From assembly GCA_965242925.1 (NCBI GenBank), contig CBDEUM010000022.1, positions 239,993 through 303,992 on the forward strand: a stretch of DNA of 64,000 nucleotides. The letters run 5' to 3'. Positions within the stretch are counted from its first letter, which is position 1, and the number at the start of each line of letters is the position of its first letter. This DNA is from Roseibacillus sp. Its GTDB lineage: Bacteria > Verrucomicrobiota > Verrucomicrobiia > Verrucomicrobiales > Akkermansiaceae. Both the position numbers and the translations under genes were made by a program. Of the stretch, positions 26,031-36,658 are shown in pieces. The notes beneath the pieces are model-generated. The model was not told the origin of the DNA, did not search any database, and saw only the letters and a list, made by a program, of their open reading frames with translations.

Positions 26031-29000
26031 GTGGGCAGATCCAGAAACGATGAAAGGACCAAGAGAGTGAGAACATTAGTCACCGTGCCCGTTATCATCC
26101 TCACGGGACTCCTGTCAGCAAGAGGATCGGACTGGACGACCTGGCGGGCGGACTCTGCCCGGAGCGGCTATACCAAGGACGCCCTTCCGCAGAAGCTGGC
26201 GCTCTGCTGGTCGTGGACGCCGCGACACGCGCCGCGTTCGGCCTGGCCGCGCGACGAGCGCATGAAGTTTGACCGCGCGAATCACGTCGTGGTGGCTGGC
26301 GGGATGGTCTTCTTTGGGAGTTCCGCCGATGGGACGGTGAGCGCGCTTGACGCTGCGACAGGTGTGCTCAAGTGGCGATTCTTCACGGAAGGACCGGTAC
26401 GATTTGCGCCCGTGGCATGGAAGGATGAGCTCTTTGTGGTTAGCGATGACGGTCATCTCTACTGCCTCAACCAGCGGAAGGGCACCTTGATCAAGCGCTG
26501 GCGGGGAGGGCCGCGTGAGGATCGCGTGCTCGGAAACTCTCAGATGACCTCCAAGTGGCCCGCGCGCGGAGGACCGGTGATTCAACACGGGGTGCTCTAC
26601 TGGGCGGCCGGCATCTGGCAATCAGAGGGCGTTTTCATTCGAGCGCTGGATCTGGATACTGGAAAGCTCCTGTGGACCAATGACAGCGCAGGGGAGATCA
26701 ACATGCCGCAACCCCACGGAGGGGCCAACGCGAAGAGCGGTGTGTCGGCTCAGGGATACCTTCTGGCCAACGACGAACGCCTGTTCGTGCCAACCGGTCG
26801 CGCGGTCCCCGCCGCCTTCAACCGGGCCACCGGCAAGTTCGATTACTACCATCTGCAAAAAAACGGCCAACGAGGCGGCACCTCGGCCATGCTGGCGGGA
26901 GAGCTGATTTACAACGGCGGTTACACCTACTGGACGAAAGCCGGATCGCTGCTTGGCAGTCGCACTCCGGCAACCGTGGCCACCATTCCCGGGGGGGTGG
27001 TGCAGGGATCGGAGAATCGTCTGCAGGGGTTGGCGGTGGTGATGAAGGAGCAGAAAGACAACAAGGGAAACGTCGTTAAGGTGCCCACGAGGCAAAACCT
27101 CTGGGAGGTGAAAGGAATCCCGGCGGGAACGTCCCTGATTGCGGCCGGTGACGCGGTCGTGACGAGTGGTGGAAACAAAATCGCGATGGTGAAGGCGAAG
27201 GATGGGGAATCGATTTGGTCCTCCGAAGTCGACGACGTGGCTCATGGCCTGGCCGTTTCGGACGGCCGCTTGTTTGTAAGCACCGCCAGTGGAGCGGTGC
27301 ATTGCTTCGCGGCCAAGAACGGCGAACCAGTCCTTCACCGGTCAGAATCGATCGATGCACCCTACGGCGGGAATGAGGCGATCTCGCAGGCAGCCAGCGA
27401 GATCCTCAAGCAATCTGGAATCACCGCGGGCTACTGCGTCGATCTTGGCTGTGGCGACGGGCGACTGGCTTATGAACTGGCCAGGCAATCCGATCTTCTG
27501 GTAGTGGCGATCGATCCCGATCCAGCGAAGGCCGCCCTGGCGCGCAAGAATCTCGATGCCGCCGGCTTCCTGGGTGCGCGGGTGAGCGTGCATGTGGGCG
27601 ACCCTTCAAAGTCTTCCTTCCCGAAGCACTTTGCCAATCTGGTAGTTTCCCGCAGCTCCCTCGAGGCGGGGGCAGCGGTGGTGAATACCTCCGAGGCGCA
27701 GCGCCTGCAGAGACCGTTCGGGGGCGTGGTGTGTCTGGGCCGCCCGGGGGCGATGTCTGTTCACACTCGGGGTGCGCTCGCGAATGCCGGTGAGTGGACG
27801 CATCAATATTCCAGTCCGGCCAACACTCTCTGCTCGACGGACTCGATCAAGGGACCGTTGACGGCGGTCTGGTTTCGCGACATCGATCTCAACCTCCCGC
27901 AGCGCCACGGTCGTGGGCCGTCTCCGCTCTTCCACGAGGGAAGACTGATCGTGGAAGGGCTCGACGAACTGATCGCAGTGGATGCCTACAATGGACTGCC
28001 GCTCTGGCGCTTTGAACAGAAGGGCGTGCTCGCCGCCTACAATGCCGATCACCTTGTCGGCACTGCGGTGACCGGTAGCAATTTCTGCATCGCGGGCGGC
28101 AATGTTTTTCTTCGTAATGGCACCAAGTGCTTTCGAATCGAAGCCGCGACCGGGAAACTTCTGGCGACCTATGAAACGCCGAAGAGCCCGGACGGGACTG
28201 TCGCGGCCTGGGGCTATGTGGCCTCTGAGGATGGCGTGCTCTATGGCTCGGCGGCAAACGAAGAGCATATCGTGCGTCACGCCTACATCCGTGCGGACAA
28301 GGAAATGGGGCAGCAGTTTTCGGAATCGAGTTCCTTTTTTGCGCTCGAGGCCGAGACCGGGAAGTTGCTGTGGCGCTACGATGCACAAGAATCCATTCGT
28401 CACAACGCGATCGCGATTGGAGCCGGCCGGGTGCACTTGATCGACCGGGCGGTTGCGCCGGGGGATCTGCTCACGGGCCCGCGGGGCAAGGATCCCAAGG
28501 GGCAGAAGCCATCCGGTCATCCGACCGGAAAGCTCTTCACTTTTAGCGCAAAGACGGGCGAAAAGCTCTGGGATTCCGACCACGACATCTTCGGCACCAC
28601 TCTGGCCTTCAGCGAACGCCACGACACCCTTTTGATGTTTTATCAGCCCACCAGGTTCCGTCTTCCTTCGGAAACTGGTGGCCGTATCGCAGCCTTCCGT
28701 GCGGGGGCCGGAGATCGATTATGGGAGAGCAAGGTCAACTACTCCACCCGCCCCTTGATCAACTATGACACCATCATTGCTCACCCGGTGGCCCTCAACC
28801 TGGTTTCCGGGAAGCCTGTGGCATTGAACGTGCCCAAGTCATACGGATGCGGGCAGATAGCGGGATCGCGCAATCTTCTCGTCTTCCGGTCGGGCACGCT
28901 CGGCTACTACGATTTCACTCGCAAAGCCGGCACCGAGAACTATGGAGGACTCCGCCCCGGGTGCTGGATCAATGCCCTGCCGGTCGGGGGATTAGTTCTC

Positions 29001-29075
29001 GTTCCGGACGCGTCCTCCGGCTGCAAATGCAGCTACCAGAACCGCGCGTGGGTGGCCCTGGAGGGCAGTGACTGA
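26031..29075 (+). CDS. Secreted PQQ-like beta-propeller protein with an internal class I SAM-methyltransferase-like domain
   Basis: DWTTWRADSARSG, repeated ALDxxTGxxxW blades, central GYCVDLGCGDGRLA, second propeller from GEWTHQY. Start may be GTG 26068. Confidence 0.85.
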   Translation: MGRSRNDERTKRVRTLVTVPVIILTGLLSARGSDWTTWRADSARSGYTKDALPQKLALCWSWTPRHAPRSAWPRDERMKFDRANHVVVAGGMVFFGSSADGTVSALDAATGVLKWRFFTEGPVRFAPVAWKDELFVVSDDGHLYCLNQRKGTLIKRWRGGPREDRVLGNSQMTSKWPARGGPVIQHGVLYWAAGIWQSEGVFIRALDLDTGKLLWTNDSAGEINMPQPHGGANAKSGVSAQGYLLANDERLFVPTGRAVPAAFNRATGKFDYYHLQKNGQRGGTSAMLAGELIYNGGYTYWTKAGSLLGSRTPATVATIPGGVVQGSENRLQGLAVVMKEQKDNKGNVVKVPTRQNLWEVKGIPAGTSLIAAGDAVVTSGGNKIAMVKAKDGESIWSSEVDDVAHGLAVSDGRLFVSTASGAVHCFAAKNGEPVLHRSESIDAPYGGNEAISQAASEILKQSGITAGYCVDLGCGDGRLAYELARQSDLLVVAIDPDPAKAALARKNLDAAGFLGARVSVHVGDPSKSSFPKHFANLVVSRSSLEAGAAVVNTSEAQRLQRPFGGVVCLGRPGAMSVHTRGALANAGEWTHQYSSPANTLCSTDSIKGPLTAVWFRDIDLNLPQRHGRGPSPLFHEGRLIVEGLDELIAVDAYNGLPLWRFEQKGVLAAYNADHLVGTAVTGSNFCIAGGNVFLRNGTKCFRIEAATGKLLATYETPKSPDGTVAAWGYVASEDGVLYGSAANEEHIVRHAYIRADKEMGQQFSESSSFFALEAETGKLLWRYDAQESIRHNAIAIGAGRVHLIDRAVAPGDLLTGPRGKDPKGQKPSGHPTGKLFTFSAKTGEKLWDSDHDIFGTTLAFSERHDTLLMFYQPTRFRLPSETGGRIAAFRAGAGDRLWESKVNYSTRPLINYDTIIAHPVALNLVSGKPVALNVPKSYGCGQIAGSRNLLVFRSGTLGYYDFTRKAGTENYGGLRPGCWINALPVGGLVLVPDASSGCKCSYQNRAWVALEGSD

Positions 29076-29238
29076 ATCTGCTGCCTCATTACCACCTGAT
29101 TCCTCGCCCCGCTCGTCCCAATCTACCCAGGCCTGCGGGTGTTGGCGAGGCCCAGAAGACCTGTCCCGGGATCCGGGGACGACCGCGCCGGGCGGCAAAG
29201 TGTTTGCACTAGGATCGCTTCAGCGCACGCAGAGCGGC

Positions 29239-30615
29239 CTACTTCGCACCGTAGTCTTTCCCCGTCTGACTCCGCTCGCATGACTTGACCCACGCTTCCA
29301 GTGCGGCACGCATCTGTTTGACCCTCTGTGTTTGGCCGCTGGCGAGGTCGCTCTTTTCGTAGGGATCCGCGACCATGTCGTAAAGTTCATATCCGGCGTC
29401 CCTGCCCTTGCGCCGCAGTAACTTGTAGCGACCGTCTTGCAGAGCACGCCATCCTTTGGCGGCGAAGCCAACCGGTTCCGTGCGTTCAAATGGCTCGCCG
29501 CGAATCAGCTTCATCACACTCACGCCATCGTAGGGACGGGCGGGCATCGGCATGCCGATCATTTCCAGGATCGTGGGAAACAGATCAGTCGTGACCACCA
29601 TGGCCTGTTCGACACGGGACTGCCTGACCACGGCGGGCCATTCCAGAATGCCCGGCACACGCACGCCGCCCTCGTAAAGGTTCCCTTTGCTGCCTCGGAA
29701 CGGCCCCTTCGAACCGGGGCCCTGGGAATCGTCAAGGTCGCCCTTGAGGTTCGGACCGTTGTCGCTGCAAAACCAGAGCATGGTGTTGTCGGCGATCTTG
29801 AGTGCGCGCAGTTCGTTGCGCAGGCGCCCCATGGCTGCGTCGATGGCGGTCAGGTTCGAGTAGTAGACACCCTTCTTGCCTTCCGCAGCATACAACTGTT
29901 GATACTTCGGGATCATGCCAAGGGGGTTGTGGACCGCATGGAAGCAGACGAAGGCAAAGAAGGGCTTGTCGGGGTGCTGGGTGCATTTGCGGATCCATTG
30001 GAGCGTTCGGTCCATCACGATCGCCGAGTCGTCTCCGGTGATGCCTTGGGATTCGGGGACGTAACGGCCATTGTGGTAGTAGTGTTGGTCCCTGGCAAAT
30101 TTGCCGTCGTACGGGTTGTAGGTCGGCAGGACGTTGCGGGTCGTAAACCACTCCTCAAATCCGGCGAGGCCCGGATGCATGATGTGGGCCGGATCCTTTT
30201 CGTTGACGATGTCGCCGAGATGCCACTTGCCGAAATGGCCGCTGGTGTAGCCGGCGCCTTGAGTCGCCTCCGCCAGCGTGATCTCTCCGGCTGGCAGGTG
30301 ACCGCGTCCGGAAGCGATGGGCCCACCGATGCCCATTCGAAGATTGTTGCGACCGGTCAGTGTGCCGGCGCGTGTGGGGCTGCACATCGATGCGTTGGCG
30401 TAGAACCGTTCGAAGCGGATGCCGTGGCTGGCCATTTTGTCGAGGTGAGGCGTTTTGACGATCTTGTGGCCGTAGCACGCCACATCGCCCCAGCCCTGGT
30501 CATCGGTCATGCAGATGATGATGTTCGGTTTGGTCGGCGACGCGGCACCGGCGAATCGGACCGAGCTCAGGAGCACCGTGGCCAGCGCAAACAGGGTCAG
30601 GATGGCTCGGGACAT
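29239..30615 (-). CDS. Arylsulfatase-family (Cys-type) sulfatase, secreted
   Basis: KPNIIICMTDDQGWGD, CSPTRAGTLTG, GKWHLG, SDNG and YEGGVRVP motifs. Confidence 0.93.
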   Translation of the reverse strand: MSRAILTLFALATVLLSSVRFAGAASPTKPNIIICMTDDQGWGDVACYGHKIVKTPHLDKMASHGIRFERFYANASMCSPTRAGTLTGRNNLRMGIGGPIASGRGHLPAGEITLAEATQGAGYTSGHFGKWHLGDIVNEKDPAHIMHPGLAGFEEWFTTRNVLPTYNPYDGKFARDQHYYHNGRYVPESQGITGDDSAIVMDRTLQWIRKCTQHPDKPFFAFVCFHAVHNPLGMIPKYQQLYAAEGKKGVYYSNLTAIDAAMGRLRNELRALKIADNTMLWFCSDNGPNLKGDLDDSQGPGSKGPFRGSKGNLYEGGVRVPGILEWPAVVRQSRVEQAMVVTTDLFPTILEMIGMPMPARPYDGVSVMKLIRGEPFERTEPVGFAAKGWRALQDGRYKLLRRKGRDAGYELYDMVADPYEKSDLASGQTQRVKQMRAALEAWVKSCERSQTGKDYGAK

Positions 30616-30865
30616 ATTTCGATGTAGCTCATTCGACATCCAGGATACGCGGCATACTATGGATACGCCCGAGGCCGAATCTAATTCTTCTGGTCTTGGG
30701 ACCCGTGCACATGTTGACCGGCACCGATGGCCATGGGATTGGTTGATGCCCCCTCCCAGGGAATTCCACGAGCGGGGTTTGGTTGAAGTGAGCTTCAGCG
30801 GTTTGCTGCTCGCCCGGTCTCGTTCTTGGTTGCTTCGAACGGCGCCCCCCTGCTTGATCACTGGC

Positions 30866-31537
30866 ATGGGGAACCACATCCGGGAACAAGCGCTTCAGAC
30901 CATTGCGGACAAGTTGGGCGAACTGGATCTTCCACATCCTGTGCGAGTAGGGGTCGACGGGGTCAGCGCCTCGGGCAAGACGGTTTTTTCGGATGAATTG
31001 GCGGCTGTTTTGCGAGGCAGGAAACGCGAGGTGATTCGGGCGGGCCTGGACGGGTTTCACAACCCGCCGGAAATTCGTCACCGGCAAGGTCCGACCTCCG
31101 TCGATGGCTACCTCGAGGACTCCTTCGATTTCGAGGCGGTCCGCAGATGCGTGCTCGATCCCCTGGGTCCCGGGGGGAATCGTCTTTACCGGGCCGAGAT
31201 CTACGACCACAAGACGGAACAGGCGCGCGAGGTCCCTGTGGTTGCTGCGGATCCCAGGGCGATTCTGGTGTTCGAAGGCGTCACCTTGTTCCGCAAGGAA
31301 ATCGTCGCTGGCTTTGATTTCAAAATCCTCGTGCAGGTTTCCTTCGAGGTTGCGTTGGAGCGAGCCAAGACGAGAGACCTCGGCCATTTCGGGGACATGG
31401 AGACTTTGCTGACCAAGTACCGCAAGCGCTTCATTCCCGCCCAAAGACGCTACCTCGAGCAATCTCGCGCGGCGAGCCAGGCAGATCTCGTGCTGGTCAA
31501 CGACGACTGGGCCCGGCCGACCCTGGAATTCTCCTAG
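30866..31537 (+). CDS. Uridine-kinase-like P-loop NTPase
   Basis: VGVDGVSASGKT, LDGFHNP and ILVFEGVTL motifs. Confidence 0.8.
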   Translation: MGNHIREQALQTIADKLGELDLPHPVRVGVDGVSASGKTVFSDELAAVLRGRKREVIRAGLDGFHNPPEIRHRQGPTSVDGYLEDSFDFEAVRRCVLDPLGPGGNRLYRAEIYDHKTEQAREVPVVAADPRAILVFEGVTLFRKEIVAGFDFKILVQVSFEVALERAKTRDLGHFGDMETLLTKYRKRFIPAQRRYLEQSRAASQADLVLVNDDWARPTLEFS

Positions 31538-31769
31538 CCGGCCAGCTGTGAACTTCTGGTTTCCGACTCCATTGCGACCTGATTGCACGACCTCTCCCGC
31601 TTTTTCAATCAACTGCCGGGTCTTCCGGTTCTGCCGGTAAAGCACTTCGCCGGGGCTTACCAGTTGGTTCCAGTGCTTCTGGAAAATAAGGGCGAATTCC
31701 TTTCAGTGCCCCATGATCAGGGAGCTAGCGGAGTGCCCCAGCAAAACCCCGAATGTTATCGGGCCGGCG

Positions 31770-32480
31770 TCACCCACCTCCCCTGAAAAACCGCAGCATC
31801 CATTCTCCGAACACGCAATGATCCGCGCTTCCCTGCTGCAACGATTGTTCGGCCCGCTCCACCACCTCCGGCGGGATCCTGTCCAGCCTGGTATGCATCA
31901 GGTCCCGCGCATATCCCGGGGTGAATTCGGGGTGGCCCTGCACGCCCAGCATGTGCTCCCCGACACCATACATGTAATGCGGACAAAAATCGCTGCCGGC
32001 AAGCAACTCTGCCCGATCGGGCAAAACGCTGACTTGGTCCTGGTGGCTGACGAGCAACCGCAGATTCTGGAGCACCGGACGCATCCACGGCCGACTCACG
32101 GCAATACGGTTTTCCGAGAAGCCCACACCCCAGCCCAACGGAGAACGCTCAACCGATCCTCCCAGCGCCTCCGCCAGCAATTGATGGCCAAAACAAACGC
32201 CTACGAACCTCACCTTGTTCTCATCCAGACGTCTAACAAACCCCTTCAGCCGCTCCACCCAGTCCAATCCGTCATCCAGTCCGTGTTGACTGCCAGTGGT
32301 GAGGTAGGCGTCGCAATCACTCAATGTGGCGGGGTATTCCCCCTTTCTGACATCGAACACGCGTAAACGCACGGAAGAGTCTAACATGGAGAAATAATTA
32401 CCGAACATTTCGGGGTAATTCCCGTGCTTCGGTTGCAGGCTATCCCTGACATCGTCGCACTGTAACAATCCTATCTTCAC
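31770..32480 (-). CDS. Class I glutamine amidotransferase-like protein (putative gamma-glutamyl-amide hydrolase)
   Basis: GVCFGHQLLAEALGG, SHQDQV and QGHPEF motifs (Cys-His-Glu triad). Confidence 0.88.
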   Translation of the reverse strand: MKIGLLQCDDVRDSLQPKHGNYPEMFGNYFSMLDSSVRLRVFDVRKGEYPATLSDCDAYLTTGSQHGLDDGLDWVERLKGFVRRLDENKVRFVGVCFGHQLLAEALGGSVERSPLGWGVGFSENRIAVSRPWMRPVLQNLRLLVSHQDQVSVLPDRAELLAGSDFCPHYMYGVGEHMLGVQGHPEFTPGYARDLMHTRLDRIPPEVVERAEQSLQQGSADHCVFGEWMLRFFRGGG

Positions 32481-32498
32481 TCTTCATTCTTGTTCGTT

Positions 32499-33668
32499 TT
32501 AGTGATCACCCGCCAAAGCTTTGGCACAGAGTTCGGCGTATTCTCGCGCGTCCAAGGCGATCGGGTTGCCGGCGGCGCTGGGATCGCGCTCTGACATTTG
32601 GCCGATGCGCTCCAGATCCTCCGAGCGGACGCCGACCAGGGTAAGATCGTGGGGAATCCCCAACTCCCGACGCAAATCCAACACCCACTGAAGAAAGGCT
32701 TCGAAACTGTCGTCGCCGAGATCGAGATAACGCGCCAAACGGCAAATCCGTTCCTCTATCGCGGATTGGTTACGCTTCAGCACATAGGGCATCAAGATGG
32801 CATTGAGCAATCCGTGATGCGCGTCATACAGGGCTCCCAAACTGTGCGCCAGCGCGTGCATTCCTCCCAAGCCCTTTTGGAAAGCGGTCGCTCCCATGGC
32901 AGAAGCCACCAACATCTGCATCCGTGCCTCCAAGTCGTCTCCCTGGGCCGTGGCCCTCGGCAGATACCGTTGCACCAGCCGGCACCCTTCCACCGCGATA
33001 CCCTCTGCCATCGGGTGATAAAAAGGGGAACACAAGGCCTCCAGATTATGGGACAGGGCGTCCATTCCCGTGGCCGCCGTCAGTTTGGCCGGCAAACCTA
33101 CGGTCAACTCGGGGTCCAGCACCACCGCCTTGGGCAGCATCAAGGGATGAAAGATGATCTTTTTCACCTGCTGGGCCTCGTCGGTAATCACCGAAGCCCG
33201 GCCCACTTCGGAACCGGTGCCCGCCGTGGTGGGAATGGCAATCACCGGAGCGATTCCCTCCGGGTCCGCTTTGGTCCAATTGTCCCCCACGTCCTCGAAT
33301 TCCCAAATAGGCAACCGCTGGGCGGCCATCAGGGCGACCGCCTTGCCCACATCCAGACCCGATCCTCCGCCCAAGGCAATCACGCCGTCGCAACCGCCCT
33401 TGCGATAATCCTCAACGCCGGCTTCGACATTTGCTCCATTCGGATTGAGCTTGATGGCGTCGAACAACTCCGCCGACAACCCCGCCTCAGCGAGCGACTC
33501 CAGCATTGATGCGGTCATCGGCAAAGCCGACACCCCCGGGTCCGTCACCAGCAATGGTTTGCTTATTCCCCGGTCACGGCACAACTGCGGCAAGGCTGCC
33601 ACAGATCCCGCGCCGGCCTTGATCGCGTTGGGATAATTCCAGTTTCCCGTCAATTCTACATACTCCAT
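32499..33668 (-). CDS. Iron-containing alcohol dehydrogenase
   Basis: GGGSGLD, IPTTAGTGSE, DALSHNLE and HALAHSLG...HHG motifs. Confidence 0.93.
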   Translation of the reverse strand: MEYVELTGNWNYPNAIKAGAGSVAALPQLCRDRGISKPLLVTDPGVSALPMTASMLESLAEAGLSAELFDAIKLNPNGANVEAGVEDYRKGGCDGVIALGGGSGLDVGKAVALMAAQRLPIWEFEDVGDNWTKADPEGIAPVIAIPTTAGTGSEVGRASVITDEAQQVKKIIFHPLMLPKAVVLDPELTVGLPAKLTAATGMDALSHNLEALCSPFYHPMAEGIAVEGCRLVQRYLPRATAQGDDLEARMQMLVASAMGATAFQKGLGGMHALAHSLGALYDAHHGLLNAILMPYVLKRNQSAIEERICRLARYLDLGDDSFEAFLQWVLDLRRELGIPHDLTLVGVRSEDLERIGQMSERDPSAAGNPIALDAREYAELCAKALAGDH

Positions 33669-33692
33669 AGATAATCCGATTCACTCGCTGAG

Positions 33693-35087
33693 TTAAGACA
33701 GTTTCAAATGATAGGATTTGGGCTGCGTCAGCGCCTCGAACCCCAGGGGCGAAAGCGCGTATCCGGCACCCGAATGCTTCACCCCCGTCCACACCAGGGC
33801 GGGATCGAGATAATCGCAACGGTTGGTGAAAAAAGTACCGGTTTCGATTTGCTCGCCCAGTTCCACCGCCCGCTCGATATTCCTCGTGAAGACAGAAGCG
33901 GTAAGGCCGAACTCGGAATCGTTCATCAAGCCAATGGCCTCTTCATCCGAGAAGGTCTTCTGAATACCCACAACAGGCCCAAAAGTCTCCTCCGTCATCA
34001 CCCGCATGCTGTGGTCCACGCCGGTAAGTATTTGCGGAGCCATGTAAGCCCCCGAGGGATTATCCGCGGGAAACAGGGAACTATCGATGTGGGCCGTCGC
34101 CCCCTTGGCCAAGGCATCCTCCACCTGTTCACGGGCAAAGGCCGCAGCGGATGGCTTTACCAACGGCCCCAAGGTCGTTTCCGGATCATCAGGTCTTCCC
34201 AGCTTGTATCGCCTGGTCAGTTCCACCGCCTTCGCGACGAAGGCGTCGTGAACCTCGGTGTCCACATAAATGCGTTCGATTCCACAGCACGATTGCCCGG
34301 AATTGAAGAACGCCCCGTCCACCAGAGTCTCCACCGCGGCGTCCAGATCGGCGTCGGCGCGCACGTAGGCCGGATCTTTGCCGCCCAGCTCCAACCCGAG
34401 ACTGATAAATCTTCCCGCCACGGCCTTTTCCACGGCGGCTCCGCCGGCTACCGAACCAGTGAAACACACGTGCTGAACCTGCTCGGATCGGATCAGCTCC
34501 GCGGTATCTTCATGGGAAAGGTGCAAATACTGGAACACTCCCCTCGACAAGCCGGCGGCCTCGAACGCCTCGTAAAAGCGCTCGGCGCACAACGGCGTCT
34601 GGGCGGAATGCTTGAGAATAACGGTATTGCCCGCCAACAACGCGGGAACCACCGCATTCACGGCGGTCAGATAGGGATAATTCCACGGAGCGATAACCGC
34701 CACCACCCCCTTGGGGTCCCTTTGGATGTAACGGCGAAAGCCCTCCTTGGGCTCCACCTCCACCGGAGCCAGAGCGGTCTCGGCGATACTGATCATATGG
34801 CGGGCCCTCTCCTCAAAACCGCGCACCTCCCCGGCCGCATAGCGGATCGGCCGTCCCATCATCCAGCTGATTTCTTCCGCAATACTCTCCTTGCGGGCGA
34901 CAAAAGCGTCCACCATGGCCGAACACACCGCAGCCCTCTTCGAGACAGGGATCATTTTCCACTCATGCAAGGCCACCTCGGAGGCAGCCAAGGCCTCCAT
35001 CCACTGTTGTTTGCCCGCCAACTGCCGGGTCACATACACCGAGCCGTCGACCGGCGAAACCGTCTCCTGTTTTCTTGTTTCGGCCAT
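33693..35087 (-). CDS. Aldehyde dehydrogenase
   Basis: APWNYP, FTGS, LELGGKDP, FNSGQSCC and EETFGP motifs. Start MAETRK at 35087. Confidence 0.93.
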   Translation of the reverse strand: MAETRKQETVSPVDGSVYVTRQLAGKQQWMEALAASEVALHEWKMIPVSKRAAVCSAMVDAFVARKESIAEEISWMMGRPIRYAAGEVRGFEERARHMISIAETALAPVEVEPKEGFRRYIQRDPKGVVAVIAPWNYPYLTAVNAVVPALLAGNTVILKHSAQTPLCAERFYEAFEAAGLSRGVFQYLHLSHEDTAELIRSEQVQHVCFTGSVAGGAAVEKAVAGRFISLGLELGGKDPAYVRADADLDAAVETLVDGAFFNSGQSCCGIERIYVDTEVHDAFVAKAVELTRRYKLGRPDDPETTLGPLVKPSAAAFAREQVEDALAKGATAHIDSSLFPADNPSGAYMAPQILTGVDHSMRVMTEETFGPVVGIQKTFSDEEAIGLMNDSEFGLTASVFTRNIERAVELGEQIETGTFFTNRCDYLDPALVWTGVKHSGAGYALSPLGFEALTQPKSYHLKLS

Positions 35088-35109
35088 CACTCCAATCCCT
35101 GTTGCCGAT

Positions 35110-36486
35110 TCAAATGATTTCGAAATATCTCTGCATTTCCCAGTCCGATACGTGCTTGCGGTACTCCAGAGCCTCCCAAACGCGGGTTCCGGCGTAATGG
35201 TCCACAAAGGCGTCTCCAAAGAGTTCCCGCGCGGCTTCCGAGCCACGCAACGCCTCCGCCGCCTGCTCCAGGGAGGTCGGCAATTCCAGCGAGGCGTCGT
35301 GCTTCCGGGCATACGCATTGCCCTGCACCACCTCCACCGGCTCAAGCTGGCGCTCAATGCCCAACAGGCCGGACCCCAGGGCGGCCGCCAAAACGATGTA
35401 GGGGTTGGCGTCAGCGGAGCCTAGACGGAATTCCACCCGCTGCGATTTGGCTGACCCCGGAATGATTCGCAAGGCGGTTGTGCGATTCTCGCATCCCAAA
35501 GTGGCGTGGGTCGGCGCCCAGAACCCGGGAACCATACGGGAGTAGGCATTCACCGTCTGGGCCAGCATCGCCGTCAACTCCGCCATGTAACGTTGCTGCC
35601 CGGCCACAAAATGCCGCTGTATATCACTCATGCACATCGGTTGGTCGGCGTCAAAAAATGCGGAGCCCGAACCGTCGGCATAATCGAGCGAAAGGTGAAT
35701 ATGTCCGGATTGACCCGGATAATCGTTGGACCACTTAGCCATGAAAGTCGCCATCAACTCTCTGCGTTGGGCCCATACCTTGACAAAGGTCTTGAACAAC
35801 GCCGCCCGATCGGCGGCCTCGGCGGCATCTGTCACGGCAAGGGCCGCCTCAATCACCCCGGGACCGGTCTCGGTATGAATCCCCTCGATCGGAAACTCCA
35901 TGGTTTCGGCCAAACCCAGCAACTCGTGATACAGATCGCTGAAGGTCGAACAACGCAGCACGGAATACCCGAAAAATCCGGGGCTTATCGGTTGCAGATT
36001 GCGGTATCCCTTCTCTCTGGCGCTGTCCGGAGTCTCATTGAACATGAAAAACTCATACTCAAAAGCGGCGTTGGCTCGAAACCCGAGAGACTCGGCACGC
36101 TCGAGAACCCGCCCCAGCAGGTTGCGCGGACACAATCGGGCTGCCTCGGCGGCAAACTCGCACAGGAAGAATAAAGTTTCCGGCTCAAAAGGAATTTCCC
36201 GGCAGGTCTCCGGCAAAATCCGTATCTGGGCATCGGCATAACCGGTGTGCCACCCGGTGAAGTCGGTACCGACATTCTCATAAAGCTGATCATTGGAGTC
36301 CCACCCCAACACCACGTCACAAAAGGCGAACCCGTGATCCAGGGCGCCGAGAAACTTCTCCCGGCTGAGGTATTTTCCCCGCATCACCCCGTCCACATCG
36401 ATAAAGCCGACTTTAACGTTCTTGATATCCCGCTCTGTGACGATGCGTTTGGCGTCTGCGGCAGTGTTCACATCTCTTGCTTCCAT
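35110..36486 (-). CDS. Glutamine-synthetase-like gamma-glutamyl-amine ligase (PuuA/GlnA4-like)
   Basis: DVDGVMRGK, EYEFF, HTETGPGVIE, GQSGHIHLSL, ENRTTALR and EFR...ANPY motifs; catabolic gene neighbours. Confidence 0.88.
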   Translation of the reverse strand: MEARDVNTAADAKRIVTERDIKNVKVGFIDVDGVMRGKYLSREKFLGALDHGFAFCDVVLGWDSNDQLYENVGTDFTGWHTGYADAQIRILPETCREIPFEPETLFFLCEFAAEAARLCPRNLLGRVLERAESLGFRANAAFEYEFFMFNETPDSAREKGYRNLQPISPGFFGYSVLRCSTFSDLYHELLGLAETMEFPIEGIHTETGPGVIEAALAVTDAAEAADRAALFKTFVKVWAQRRELMATFMAKWSNDYPGQSGHIHLSLDYADGSGSAFFDADQPMCMSDIQRHFVAGQQRYMAELTAMLAQTVNAYSRMVPGFWAPTHATLGCENRTTALRIIPGSAKSQRVEFRLGSADANPYIVLAAALGSGLLGIERQLEPVEVVQGNAYARKHDASLELPTSLEQAAEALRGSEAARELFGDAFVDHYAGTRVWEALEYRKHVSDWEMQRYFEII

Positions 36487-36658
36487 ATCTTTGACCCTGT
36501 TCGTTGTTACTATGCCGCAGGTTGCTCACTGACTCCCGTCAAATCAATACGCTTGAGCAGGCAGTCCCCCACTCACCCCAGCCTGCCGGCCCGTTCCGGA
36601 GATTTGACGAAAAACAGGTTTTCTTTCACTGATAGCTGAACTCGTTATATTTCAGGAA

